Source of the DNA: a virus
Length of the DNA stretch: 58,597 nucleotides
IMG/VR virus record: IMGVR_UViG_3300045988_136606
Coordinates: 1 to 58,597 of that record
Direction: 5' to 3' (one strand)
Positions 20,535 through 28,639 of this stretch are shown in pieces (position 1 is the stretch's first letter; each line of letters starts with the position of its first letter). A program made the translations under genes and the position numbers. Under the pieces are notes generated by a model. It did no database searches. It saw nothing but the letters and a program-made list of their open reading frames with translations, and was not told where the DNA came from.

Positions 20535-20804
20535 TCATTTACAATATTTTGGTTCAAATGATAATGTATATGGATTTAATCCCATAATAAAAAACTCAAT
20601 AACTGGTGATGGATTTTTAGCATATATTCCAACTGTATATGAAGTATGATTACGATGTTTAAAATACCTTTCTATTTTATATTTAAGACCAACATTAGGG
20701 AATGTTTTTTGAAATATCTCAGCCTCTTTTTTTAAGTTTTCAAGTTTATCATCTCCACTAAAATAAATATACGTAACATTTTTTAATCTGCTCATGAATA
20801 ACAA
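20535..20804 (-). CDS. Hypothetical protein (89 aa) immediately downstream of the RuvC nuclease gene
   Basis: Same strand, 9 nt after the nuclease stop, with a purine-rich aaagggg upstream. No recognisable motif. Confidence 0.4.
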   Translation of the reverse strand: MLFMSRLKNVTYIYFSGDDKLENLKKEAEIFQKTFPNVGLKYKIERYFKHRNHTSYTVGIYAKNPSPVIEFFIMGLNPYTLSFEPKYCK

Positions 20805-20813
20805 CCCCTTTAT

Positions 20814-22025
20814 TTATTTTATAAATTTTTCACTTCTAGCTATATTAATACTTGCATTATGGTCAGCGTTTAATTCAAATCCACATTCAGTACACTTGAA
20901 TTTTTCTTGAGTTTGTCTATTATCCTTATCAATATGACCACATATGCAACAAGTTTGAGAAGTATAAGCTGGGTCTATATATCTTACTGTTATTCCAACT
21001 CTTTCAGCTTTATACTCTACCATATTTTGTAACTCATAATAACTCCAATTTCTAAGTAATTTATCGCCAAATCCATCCTTTGTAAGTTTTTCCATGTTTA
21101 TAAACTCACATTGATGTTTTATTGCAAAATCTACTATCTTTTTAGATAGTTGATGATTATAAGTTTTAGCCCAGTTTCTTTCTTTGTCTTTTAACCTATT
21201 TAGTGCTTGTGTTTTTTTAGTACGTCCTTTACCACCTTTTGTAAGTTTTAAAGCCTGTTGTAAATTTCTTGCTCTTTGTTGCATTTGCTCTCTAACTTTC
21301 ATAAAGTCATTAATACTTCCTAAATGTTCTCTTTTGTATGTATCATCATTTAAGCATACATAAGCTGGATATTTAATTCCTAAGTCAACACCTAATACTC
21401 TACCTTCTACAAAGTTCTTTTTAGGTGTATAAGGTATATCTAATGTTAAGTTAAGTATTAGGTTATTATTTTTATCAAAGCATAAACTTGACTGCATTAC
21501 CTTATATTCTTTGTCTATTACCTTGTGCAATGTATGTTGCAACTCTATGCTATTTTCTTTTCTTTTAGTTGCTCCTAAGACAACTTTGAATATTATTTTA
21601 TTTACCCATTTTATTAGTATGTCATCGCCTTCATACATGAATTTTAAATCTCTTCCACGTGTCATAAGAGGATAATTTCTCTTATAGTTTGTTATAGTTC
21701 TTTCCCCTTTAGCTAATCCATTTTTTAATGATGTTTTAAAATCTTTCTTTACTCTTTGCGTTATAGATGATTTAGTATCAATACCAGTACCAAAAGCAAT
21801 TCCTTCGAAAAGTGGATTACTATTGGTTAAACTCTTTTGTGCATTCTTGAATGTATCAGATTTAATGTCTCTATTGCTTTCTAAGTATGCACTGCTTAAT
21901 ATTCCCATTGCTAAGTTAAGTCCTTGATATTGAGCATATTGGCTATCTCTTATGAATTTATAGCCTTGTTTTCTTTCTTCGTCAGTTCCTATTACTGTTA
22001 ATTTTATTTTTCTTACTGTAATCAT
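20814..22025 (-). CDS. Miniature RuvC/zinc-finger RNA-guided-nuclease-like protein (Cas12f-like / TnpB lineage), 403 aa
   Basis: RuvC-I VLGVDLGIKYPA, RuvC-II FINMEKL, Zn finger CCICGH...CTECG, RuvC-III NADHNASINIA. GGKGRTKKTQALNRLKDK and TITNYKRNYPL resemble my recollection of Cas12f1/Cas14 rather than canonical TnpB. RBS aaggagg at 22033-22039. Confidence 0.75.
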   Translation of the reverse strand: MITVRKIKLTVIGTDEERKQGYKFIRDSQYAQYQGLNLAMGILSSAYLESNRDIKSDTFKNAQKSLTNSNPLFEGIAFGTGIDTKSSITQRVKKDFKTSLKNGLAKGERTITNYKRNYPLMTRGRDLKFMYEGDDILIKWVNKIIFKVVLGATKRKENSIELQHTLHKVIDKEYKVMQSSLCFDKNNNLILNLTLDIPYTPKKNFVEGRVLGVDLGIKYPAYVCLNDDTYKREHLGSINDFMKVREQMQQRARNLQQALKLTKGGKGRTKKTQALNRLKDKERNWAKTYNHQLSKKIVDFAIKHQCEFINMEKLTKDGFGDKLLRNWSYYELQNMVEYKAERVGITVRYIDPAYTSQTCCICGHIDKDNRQTQEKFKCTECGFELNADHNASINIARSEKFIK

Positions 22026-22054
22026 AATGAAACCTCCTTATTAATATAAAATAC

Positions 22055-22541
22055 ATTTACATACTACTTAGTTGATAGCTAACGCAAATAAGTAAGATGT
22101 GAGTTATATTCAGATGCATCATTTACATATCACATAGTTAATAGTTAACAACTTGCCAACTCCTCTATTACTAAAAATATATGCTTATTTACATACCACT
22201 TAGTTAATATGAAATACCTAAATTTTCATCTAAGCACTTATAACCTGTCGAATTTACATACCACTTAGTTAATATGAAATATATCCTTCTAAACTCTCTA
22301 CTATATAATCTCCAATATTTACATACCACTTAGTTAATATGAAATTATTTTAGATTCTTCTTCTTGATACTTATTGAATATAATTTACATACTACTTAGT
22401 TAATATGAAATTGTCCTTTTCTTCTACAATGATAATATCTGTCATTTCATTTACATACTACTTAGTTAATATGAAATTATCCTAAATATTTCTTAATTAC
22501 TGACTTAATAATATTTACATACTACTTAGTTAATATGAAAT
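22055..22541 (-). CRISPR. CRISPR array: 6 well-conserved plus 2 degenerate 29-nt repeats, with 35-37-nt spacers
   Basis: Repeats start at 22055 and 22121 (degenerate) and at 22187, 22252, 22317, 22383, 22449 and 22513. Plus-strand unit ATTTACATA[C/T]CACTTAGTTAATATGAAAT, minus strand ATTTCATATTAACTAAGTGGTATGTAAAT. The degenerate copies lie at the low-coordinate end, which implies the leader is at the high-coordinate side and transcription is on the minus strand. Confidence 0.9.
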
Positions 22542-22975
22542 CCTAAAATTAATTTAAGTAATTCCAATGTATTCCTTTATATCAAGTGATATATTATGCA
22601 GTGTACTTATGATAGCGCCTTATCTAAATGATATGTAAACACTTAAAGTTAAGTAGTTTCAAGTGATACGATTATTTATGAGTTTTATGTCGCTCACTGC
22701 AATTTATATAAATTAACTAAGTGATTTTCCGAGTGAATAAGAAGAATATTAGTTTACACCCATTCTTTTTAATCTTATTCCTCAGACTTAGGACGGTAAA
22801 TCGCCCTCATAAGATTTTTATTAAGTTTTCAAAGAGCTTGTCTTGTTTGATTTCTTATTGTTACTATTATAATAGCACCATTGCTATCATAATGCAAGCA
22901 CTTTTATTTATTTTTATTGAAATATTTTTAAAATGCTATCACTATGCTATAATAGAAATAAAAAGGAGTGATTTT
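22542..22975 (-). promoter_or_regulatory. CRISPR leader and/or candidate non-coding RNA region with repeat-derived fragments
   Basis: About 430 nt with no credible ORF. 22712-22723 ATTAACTAAGTG is the exact reverse complement of the repeat core. 22632-22655 carries further repeat-like pieces. Confidence 0.4.
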
Positions 22976-23131
22976 ATGGCTTTAAAAGAAAACATGACTA
23001 GAATAACAGTTAATATTGATAAAGATAAATATGAAAAAGTAAAAGAAATGGCAATGAAAGAGGGAAGAGCAGTAAGTAATTACATAAATTTTTTAATAGA
23101 TAAAGAAATAAAAAAGAACCAAGAGAAGTAA
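22976..23131 (+). CDS. Ribbon-helix-helix (CopG/Arc-like) DNA-binding protein, 51 aa
   Basis: RBS aaaaggagtg. MALKENMTRITVNIDKDKYEKVKEMAMKEGRAVSNYINFLI is a typical RHH pattern. The upstream part of tracked ORF 22721-23131 is judged non-coding. Confidence 0.6.
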   Translation: MALKENMTRITVNIDKDKYEKVKEMAMKEGRAVSNYINFLIDKEIKKNQEK

Positions 23132-23152
23132 TTTCCCTTGGCTCTTTTATTA

Positions 23153-23359
23153 TTAACAACTATAATATTTATTTTCTATATTATTGTATCTCTTTAGAAG
23201 AATATCATTTTCTCCCCAAAATCTTGCTTCTACTTGGTCAATATCAACTTTTTCTTTACAAATTTCTCTAAATAGATTAATTGCACTTACATAATCAGTC
23301 CAACCACTATATAGTTCTAAACCTTCATTATTTATCCAACTAACTTGAAAATTATTCAT
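23153..23359 (-). CDS. Hypothetical protein (68 aa)
   Basis: Start abuts the upstream small ORF (TAAATAAATG), whose GGAGGG serves as its RBS. Confidence 0.45.
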   Translation of the reverse strand: MNNFQVSWINNEGLELYSGWTDYVSAINLFREICKEKVDIDQVEARFWGENDILLKRYNNIENKYYSC

Positions 23360-23503
23360 TTATTTACCCTCCATGTCTTTTAATATTATATTTACAAGTT
23401 CTTCCTTAGTAAATTCATCTCCTGGATAATATCCTCTTGCATCATAGAAGTATTCTTTTAACATTTCCATGCTAGTTTTTTCTAACATTTCTTTCATTTT
23501 CAT
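23360..23503 (-). CDS. Hypothetical small protein (47 aa), first gene of a two-gene minus-strand cassette
   Basis: RBS aaagggggatATG. Untracked ORF MKMKEMLEKTSMEML...DMEGK. Confidence 0.4.
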   Translation of the reverse strand: MKMKEMLEKTSMEMLKEYFYDARGYYPGDEFTKEELVNIILKDMEGK

Positions 23504-23728
23504 ATCCCCCTTTTTCTTTTATAGTAATATATATGCAAGAGTTATATAAAAATTGCATAAATTTATATAAATTTTAAATAATTTTTTATTAATTTTATGT
23601 AACACTTATATAAAAATTACATATATTTATACAAAGAAAATAAATAGAGGATTTCAAGAAAAAATAAATAATATATAAATTATACATTTTTTAGGTAATA
23701 ATTGAATAAAAATTAGTGAGGTGAGATT

Positions 23729-23899
23729 ATGGCAAAAGAAAAACCAACTATAATCAATATAAGCTTCAAAACACAAACACTAGATGATAAGATGCTCTTA
23801 GATTGGCTAGAAGTCAAATTTAAAGAATATGGGAAATCAAATTATATAAAGAATGTGCTTAGAGAAAAGATGTATAAAGAAATAAATAAAGAAGAGTAA
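23729..23899 (+). CDS. Small RHH-like DNA-binding protein (56 aa)
   Basis: RBS agtgaggtgagattATG. MAKEKPTIINISFKTQTLDDKMLLDWL...NYIKNVLREKM. A hairpin terminator follows at about 23908-23940. Confidence 0.45.
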   Translation: MAKEKPTIINISFKTQTLDDKMLLDWLEVKFKEYGKSNYIKNVLREKMYKEINKEE

Positions 23900-24076
23900 A
23901 CAAAAGAAAAAGCCGAGAACGGATATCTCAGGCTTTTTTATTATGTTAAAATAGAATTTTTTCTATTATATCTAGAGCAATAACACACCCAAACCAAAAT
24001 ATAGCTTCACTCATTATAATTCACCTACTTGCGATTTTGTGTAATCTTATTATTTACAATTTAAGGAGGTTTATGT

Positions 24077-24451
24077 ATGGAAACTTATACTATAAGTGAA
24101 TTTTTACACAAAGATAAATACGATATAAATGCCATAGATAAATTTATAGGAAACTTAAAGAAGAATAAAAAAGAGTATGCTAGATTAGTATTTTTATTGG
24201 CTATTTCTATTCCAAAACCTATATTCGCCCAAAATAATGATATGGGATTAGGAGATGTAGCCTATGAAATAATTCACATGGTCCTTGTATTCGCTAAATA
24301 TGGATGCCTAGGCAAAGGTATACTATGTATGACAAATGAAATGTTAGCAGGAGCTAATTTAAAACAGGCATTTGGAGAAGGAATACAATATTTTGTTTTT
24401 TATATTGTATTAAACATTTATCCAAGATTATTTAGTATGGTTAAATTTTAA
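24077..24451 (+). CDS. Small polytopic membrane protein (VirB2/pilin-like organisation)
   Basis: RBS aaggagg. A signal-like TM ending IFA|QNN, then two TM helices. Confidence 0.4.
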   Translation: METYTISEFLHKDKYDINAIDKFIGNLKKNKKEYARLVFLLAISIPKPIFAQNNDMGLGDVAYEIIHMVLVFAKYGCLGKGILCMTNEMLAGANLKQAFGEGIQYFVFYIVLNIYPRLFSMVKF

Positions 24452-24463
24452 GGAGGTATTTAT

Positions 24464-24673
24464 ATGGATAAATTAAATGCTTTTTTAGGCAAATTTACAG
24501 TTGAGTGCTTAGAAACTTTAAGTATCGTTTGCTATGATTGGCTAGTAGTAGCCGGATTGATAGCTTTAGTTTTATATATATTTGGTTGGGAAAAAGGAAA
24601 GAGAGTAGGATTAATGTGTCCTGCTATATATATCATAATCAACATATTAAGTAAGGTGTTATGCCATGCTTAA
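24464..24673 (+). CDS. Small membrane protein (two TM helices; VirB3-like position)
   Basis: RBS aaggagg. 69 aa, hydrophobic. Overlaps the next gene's start. Confidence 0.4.
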   Translation: MDKLNAFLGKFTVECLETLSIVCYDWLVVAGLIALVLYIFGWEKGKRVGLMCPAIYIIINILSKVLCHA

Positions 24674-26948
24674 TATAATTCCTAGTAAACCTAAAAGTAT
24701 GAAATTAAGTGATTATTACGAATATAGAAAATGCGAATATTCAATTATCAGATTAGTTCCTACAAAGAGCAACAAAAATAATAATACTGAACAAATAGCA
24801 TCTCTAATTAATAAAATGTTTAAGCAGTCTAATAAATATATAAATCAAGCTAGTAAAAAGTTAATTATCGTTCAAAAGCCCAAAGTATCCTTTTATATTC
24901 ATATTACAAAAGGAAAGGTCCAATTTTATTTTATAATTCCTAAATCATATCTAAATCAATTTAAAATAAAATTTCAAGAGGTTTGGAAAAATATAGAGAT
25001 TGAAGAAGTGGATAATATTCCAATGGATATTAATAGCTGCAGTAAATTTGATTTGCATTATAAATATGATGAGTCATTATCTCTTGCGGTTGATAAAAGA
25101 AATAATGACTTACTCAATAGCAACATGACGATTACATCTATATTGGAAGAAAATGAAATGGTGGGAATATTATATAATTTTATACCGACTAGCGAAAAAG
25201 AATCCAACTATTTTAGATCTAATACCTATCCAAGAGCAATTCAAAGATACAAAAATGGAGAAAATCTAAAAAAGTCAAAAAATATTACAGATTTATCTGT
25301 AATAGCATTAAAAAATTTTATCTCACTCATAAACGACCTCTTAAATTGTATTTTAAACGTACCACAAAATAATCAGCTTATACTTAATCCTTTACAATGT
25401 GAAATCTCTCATAGCACTAAAAGAAAGGGTAAGAAGGCAATTTGTAAAAATCAGAGTATAATTTTAACCAAATCTAGTGAGAAATCAAGAGAAATTGAAC
25501 TTTCTAACGCCTTTTCTAATACTTTCAAGATAATTTCAGATGATAATGAGTTAATCATTAATGAAATTACTAAAAACATTGATATAAAAAAGACAATCAT
25601 AAATCATGTGAATATTAATAAAACTACAATTGAAGAAAGCAGTAATTTTATAAGTATGCCTAGTCTAGAGGTTATAGATCAATTTAAGATGATTGAACAT
25701 AATAAGTGCCTAGAGTTGAAAGCCCCTAAGTGTTTAGAAGATGGAGAAATAAGGATTGGAACTGTAAAGAATAAAGAAAATAAACAAGAGGTATACTACT
25801 CCATGGATGAGCAAATGAAAAGACTAGGAAGAGTATTACTTGGAAGTATGGGTAGTGGTAAATCTTATTATATGCAAAATATGGCAAGTGATATTATAAA
25901 AGCTGGTAGAGGATTAGTAGTAATAGATTATATAGATAAATGTCAGCTATCAGATAATATAAAGAAAATAACTTCAAAGGATAAATTAGTAGAAATTAAT
26001 TTCAATGATCCTAAGCAAGTTCAATCATTTAACTTCAATGAGTTAATATTTAATGAAGATGATGACATATACTATAAGGTTAATATAGCTATGCAGAAAG
26101 CTGAACAAATGCAATTATTATTAGACAGTATAAATGATGACAATAGTAAACTTACACCAAGAATGCTTAGATATTTTTATGCAGCAGCTACAGTAGTTTA
26201 TTATAAGAATGTAAATGCTAGTTTTAAAGACATTATTAATGTATTGAAATATCCAGATAAAAGATTAGAGTTAATAAAGAATGTACCAGATATTTTAATA
26301 GAAGAAATAGAAGATTTAAAGGATCTAGACAAAATAGATAGCAAAGGTAGAGTAGAGAATTATGATAGTAAGATAGATGGAATACTGGACCGTGTTAGCT
26401 GGTTAAAAACTAATTTATATACAAAACTAGCATTTAATAAAGAAGCTGATAATAATATTAATTTTGTAGAAGTTATGAAGCAGAATAAAGTAATTCTGAT
26501 AAAAATACCTGAACAGTATTTTAAAAGCAGAATGATTAGAAATGTAATTGCCACATACTTTTTAAATAAAGTTTGGATTAGTAAACAGATAGATTGTAGT
26601 ACACACACAGAATTATTCTTTGATGAATTACATCAATGTTATCATTGCCAACTGCTTATGCAAAACATATTGGTAGAATGTAGAAAATTTCAATTAACTC
26701 CCACTTTAGCTTTGCATTATTTAGACCAATTAACTCCTAAATGTAAAAATAGTGTATTGGCATCTGGGTCTAGTTATTTATTATTGCAAGGATGTGATGT
26801 AAAAGCATTTAAAGAATTATCTACTTACTTCGAGAAAGATGGATATAGCGAAATAGATTTAGCTGAATTAGATAGATATAATGCTTTATGTTTAATTAAA
26901 AATGAAGATACTGGATATTCCAGCTTTATTGCAAGACTTCCTTCTTAG
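24666..26948 (+). CDS. P-loop ATPase of the FtsK/HerA/VirB4 superfamily (760 aa)
   Basis: Walker A LGSMGSGKSYY and Walker B-like ELFFDELHQ. C-terminal LALHYLDQL...SYLLLQG resembles the T4SS ATPase or coupling-protein core. Confidence 0.6.
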   Translation: MLNIIPSKPKSMKLSDYYEYRKCEYSIIRLVPTKSNKNNNTEQIASLINKMFKQSNKYINQASKKLIIVQKPKVSFYIHITKGKVQFYFIIPKSYLNQFKIKFQEVWKNIEIEEVDNIPMDINSCSKFDLHYKYDESLSLAVDKRNNDLLNSNMTITSILEENEMVGILYNFIPTSEKESNYFRSNTYPRAIQRYKNGENLKKSKNITDLSVIALKNFISLINDLLNCILNVPQNNQLILNPLQCEISHSTKRKGKKAICKNQSIILTKSSEKSREIELSNAFSNTFKIISDDNELIINEITKNIDIKKTIINHVNINKTTIEESSNFISMPSLEVIDQFKMIEHNKCLELKAPKCLEDGEIRIGTVKNKENKQEVYYSMDEQMKRLGRVLLGSMGSGKSYYMQNMASDIIKAGRGLVVIDYIDKCQLSDNIKKITSKDKLVEINFNDPKQVQSFNFNELIFNEDDDIYYKVNIAMQKAEQMQLLLDSINDDNSKLTPRMLRYFYAAATVVYYKNVNASFKDIINVLKYPDKRLELIKNVPDILIEEIEDLKDLDKIDSKGRVENYDSKIDGILDRVSWLKTNLYTKLAFNKEADNNINFVEVMKQNKVILIKIPEQYFKSRMIRNVIATYFLNKVWISKQIDCSTHTELFFDELHQCYHCQLLMQNILVECRKFQLTPTLALHYLDQLTPKCKNSVLASGSSYLLLQGCDVKAFKELSTYFEKDGYSEIDLAELDRYNALCLIKNEDTGYSSFIARLPS

Positions 26949-27057
26949 GGAGTCTTTTTATGTCGAAAACTTTTTTAAATAAATTTAATAAAATATGTTT
27001 AATTCGCCTCGAATTGTGCTACAATATAATTAATAAAAGATATAGGAGGTAAGGAAG

Positions 27058-27510
27058 ATGAAAAGAAATTTAATGAAAGAAGCTCATAAAATGACAAGGG
27101 AAATAGTAAATAAATATGGAGATGTTGATTATATGACTCAATTAAGTTTATGTTTGTCTTTCTTATCTCAAGAAGGAGGTAAAGAAATGGTAGAGCTTAA
27201 AGGAACTGAAAAACAAGTTAAATGGGCAGAAGACATAAGAAATAGAATTATAAAAGTAAATGAAATATTTGAAAAAGCAATAGAAGGTGTTGACATGGAT
27301 ACAATGGCAAAATCTACATGGCTAGATGATAATATGTATGTTATAGCTCAGGCATCATTAAAGAATATATTAGTTCAAGAAGAAGCTAAGTTCTTTATAG
27401 AAAATTTCAGAGGTTTAAAAGATTATATGATAGAAAATACTTTGTTATATGAACCTAAAAAACAAGTTAAATTTATATGGTCATTAGTAAGGGAATTTGA
27501 AAACATGTAA
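27058..27510 (+). CDS. Hypothetical protein (150 aa)
   Basis: RBS ataggaggtaagg. No motif recognised. Confidence 0.5.
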   Translation: MKRNLMKEAHKMTREIVNKYGDVDYMTQLSLCLSFLSQEGGKEMVELKGTEKQVKWAEDIRNRIIKVNEIFEKAIEGVDMDTMAKSTWLDDNMYVIAQASLKNILVQEEAKFFIENFRGLKDYMIENTLLYEPKKQVKFIWSLVREFENM

Positions 27511-27528
27511 ATTTTGGGAGGTGTTATT

Positions 27529-27954
27529 ATGAATAAATGGTATAGATTAGGTAAAAAATATTCAAACTTTTTTGAGGGATTAAGAGAAGTAAATGAATTT
27601 TTAAGAAAAAATGGTATGAATTTTGAACCTTATTCATTTGATGATTTTTCAGAAGAAAATTATGATTTTCTTTGTAAATATATAGATGTATATCCAGAAG
27701 TAGAAAGCTACGAGTATGATAGAGCAGGAAGAAGATATATGTTTGAATGGGGATTTTTAGCTATTCCTAAGTATAATCAAAGAAAAGCAAAAATGCAGTT
27801 TGCAAAAAGTGGAGGCACTGCAAGAGGCAATGCTATAACAAATAGAGTTACTATTCCTACATCTTGGGTAAAATCATTAGGTATAACAGAAGAAGATAGA
27901 AATGTTATTATTAAATTAATAGATAATAAAATAGTAATAGAAAAGGGGAAATAG
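27529..27954 (+). CDS. Protein with a C-terminal AbrB/SpoVT-type DNA-binding domain
   Basis: RBS gggaggtg. C-terminus NRVTIPTSWVKSLGITEEDRNVIIKLIDNKIVIEK. Confidence 0.55.
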   Translation: MNKWYRLGKKYSNFFEGLREVNEFLRKNGMNFEPYSFDDFSEENYDFLCKYIDVYPEVESYEYDRAGRRYMFEWGFLAIPKYNQRKAKMQFAKSGGTARGNAITNRVTIPTSWVKSLGITEEDRNVIIKLIDNKIVIEKGK

Positions 27955-28240
27955 TATGTTTGATTTTAAAAATATGTCATCAGAAGAACTTAAACAATTA
28001 TCAAAAGATATTAGGATTGAAATAGACAATAGGATGATTAATATTAAAAATATTAAAAAAGAAATAGATAAATTAAACGAAGAATATACGTTCTTTTTTT
28101 AGAAGTGTTAGAGAGATTAAGCATTGAACAAATGAGAGTTGCAAGCCAGTTTAATGATTGCGCGGTAAACAGTTTAAAAATATATAAAGTTATAGAGCCT
28201 AACACATGGGCAAAATTAGTTGGAAGAGTAAATAGAATTA

Positions 28241-28399
28241 ATGTCAAATATAATATCAGAATTAGTTGAAAGCGGAATGTCAGATGCTTGGATAGCTAAA
28301 AACATAGGAATGGATTTAGATGAAATACTAAGATTAAAACAAATAACAGGATTAGCATCATTGTTTAAAGATAAGGAATTTAGCAAATCATGGAATTGA
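28241..28399 (+). pseudogene. Possible remnant of a ParB/Srx-like gene C-terminus
   Basis: 52-aa frame ...AWIAKNIGMDLDEILRLKQITGLASLFKDKEFSKSWN is preceded by short broken frames (27957-28240) without a good RBS. Confidence 0.25.
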
Positions 28400-28639
28400 A
28401 ATCTATGTAAAATTATATAAAAAGGGAGTACATACGTAGAAGCATATACTCCCCTATGGACACTAACCATATCGTAAATCGTGTATTAAATATCTAAACA
28501 AGTTTAGAACGTTTCACTTATCAAATACACTTGATATAGTGTATGCAAATCACTGGTTAAAAATTGCATGTCCTTTAGTCTTTTAACATATTTTTAACAT
28601 TTAATCTATTTTATTCTATTTATACTATATATTTCCTAA

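Noticed and set aside
20814-22025. Annotating the RuvC nuclease gene as an IS200/IS605-type insertion sequence
   Set aside because: There is no tnpA, and I could see no terminal hairpins or element ends. The 3' flank is occupied by another ORF rather than an obvious omega-RNA scaffold. An IS origin cannot be excluded without a search, so no mobile-element call is made.
22721-22975. N-terminal 85 codons of tracked ORF 22721-23131
   Set aside because: It has a non-ATG start, no RBS and an implausible hydrophobic, low-complexity sequence. A strong RBS and an RHH-type protein begin at 22976. The upstream part is treated as leader or non-coding.
28053-28470. Minus-strand ORFs 28053-28247 and 28216-28470
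   Set aside because: They have no RBS, sit in a region of decayed plus-strand frames, and have non-protein-like compositions.
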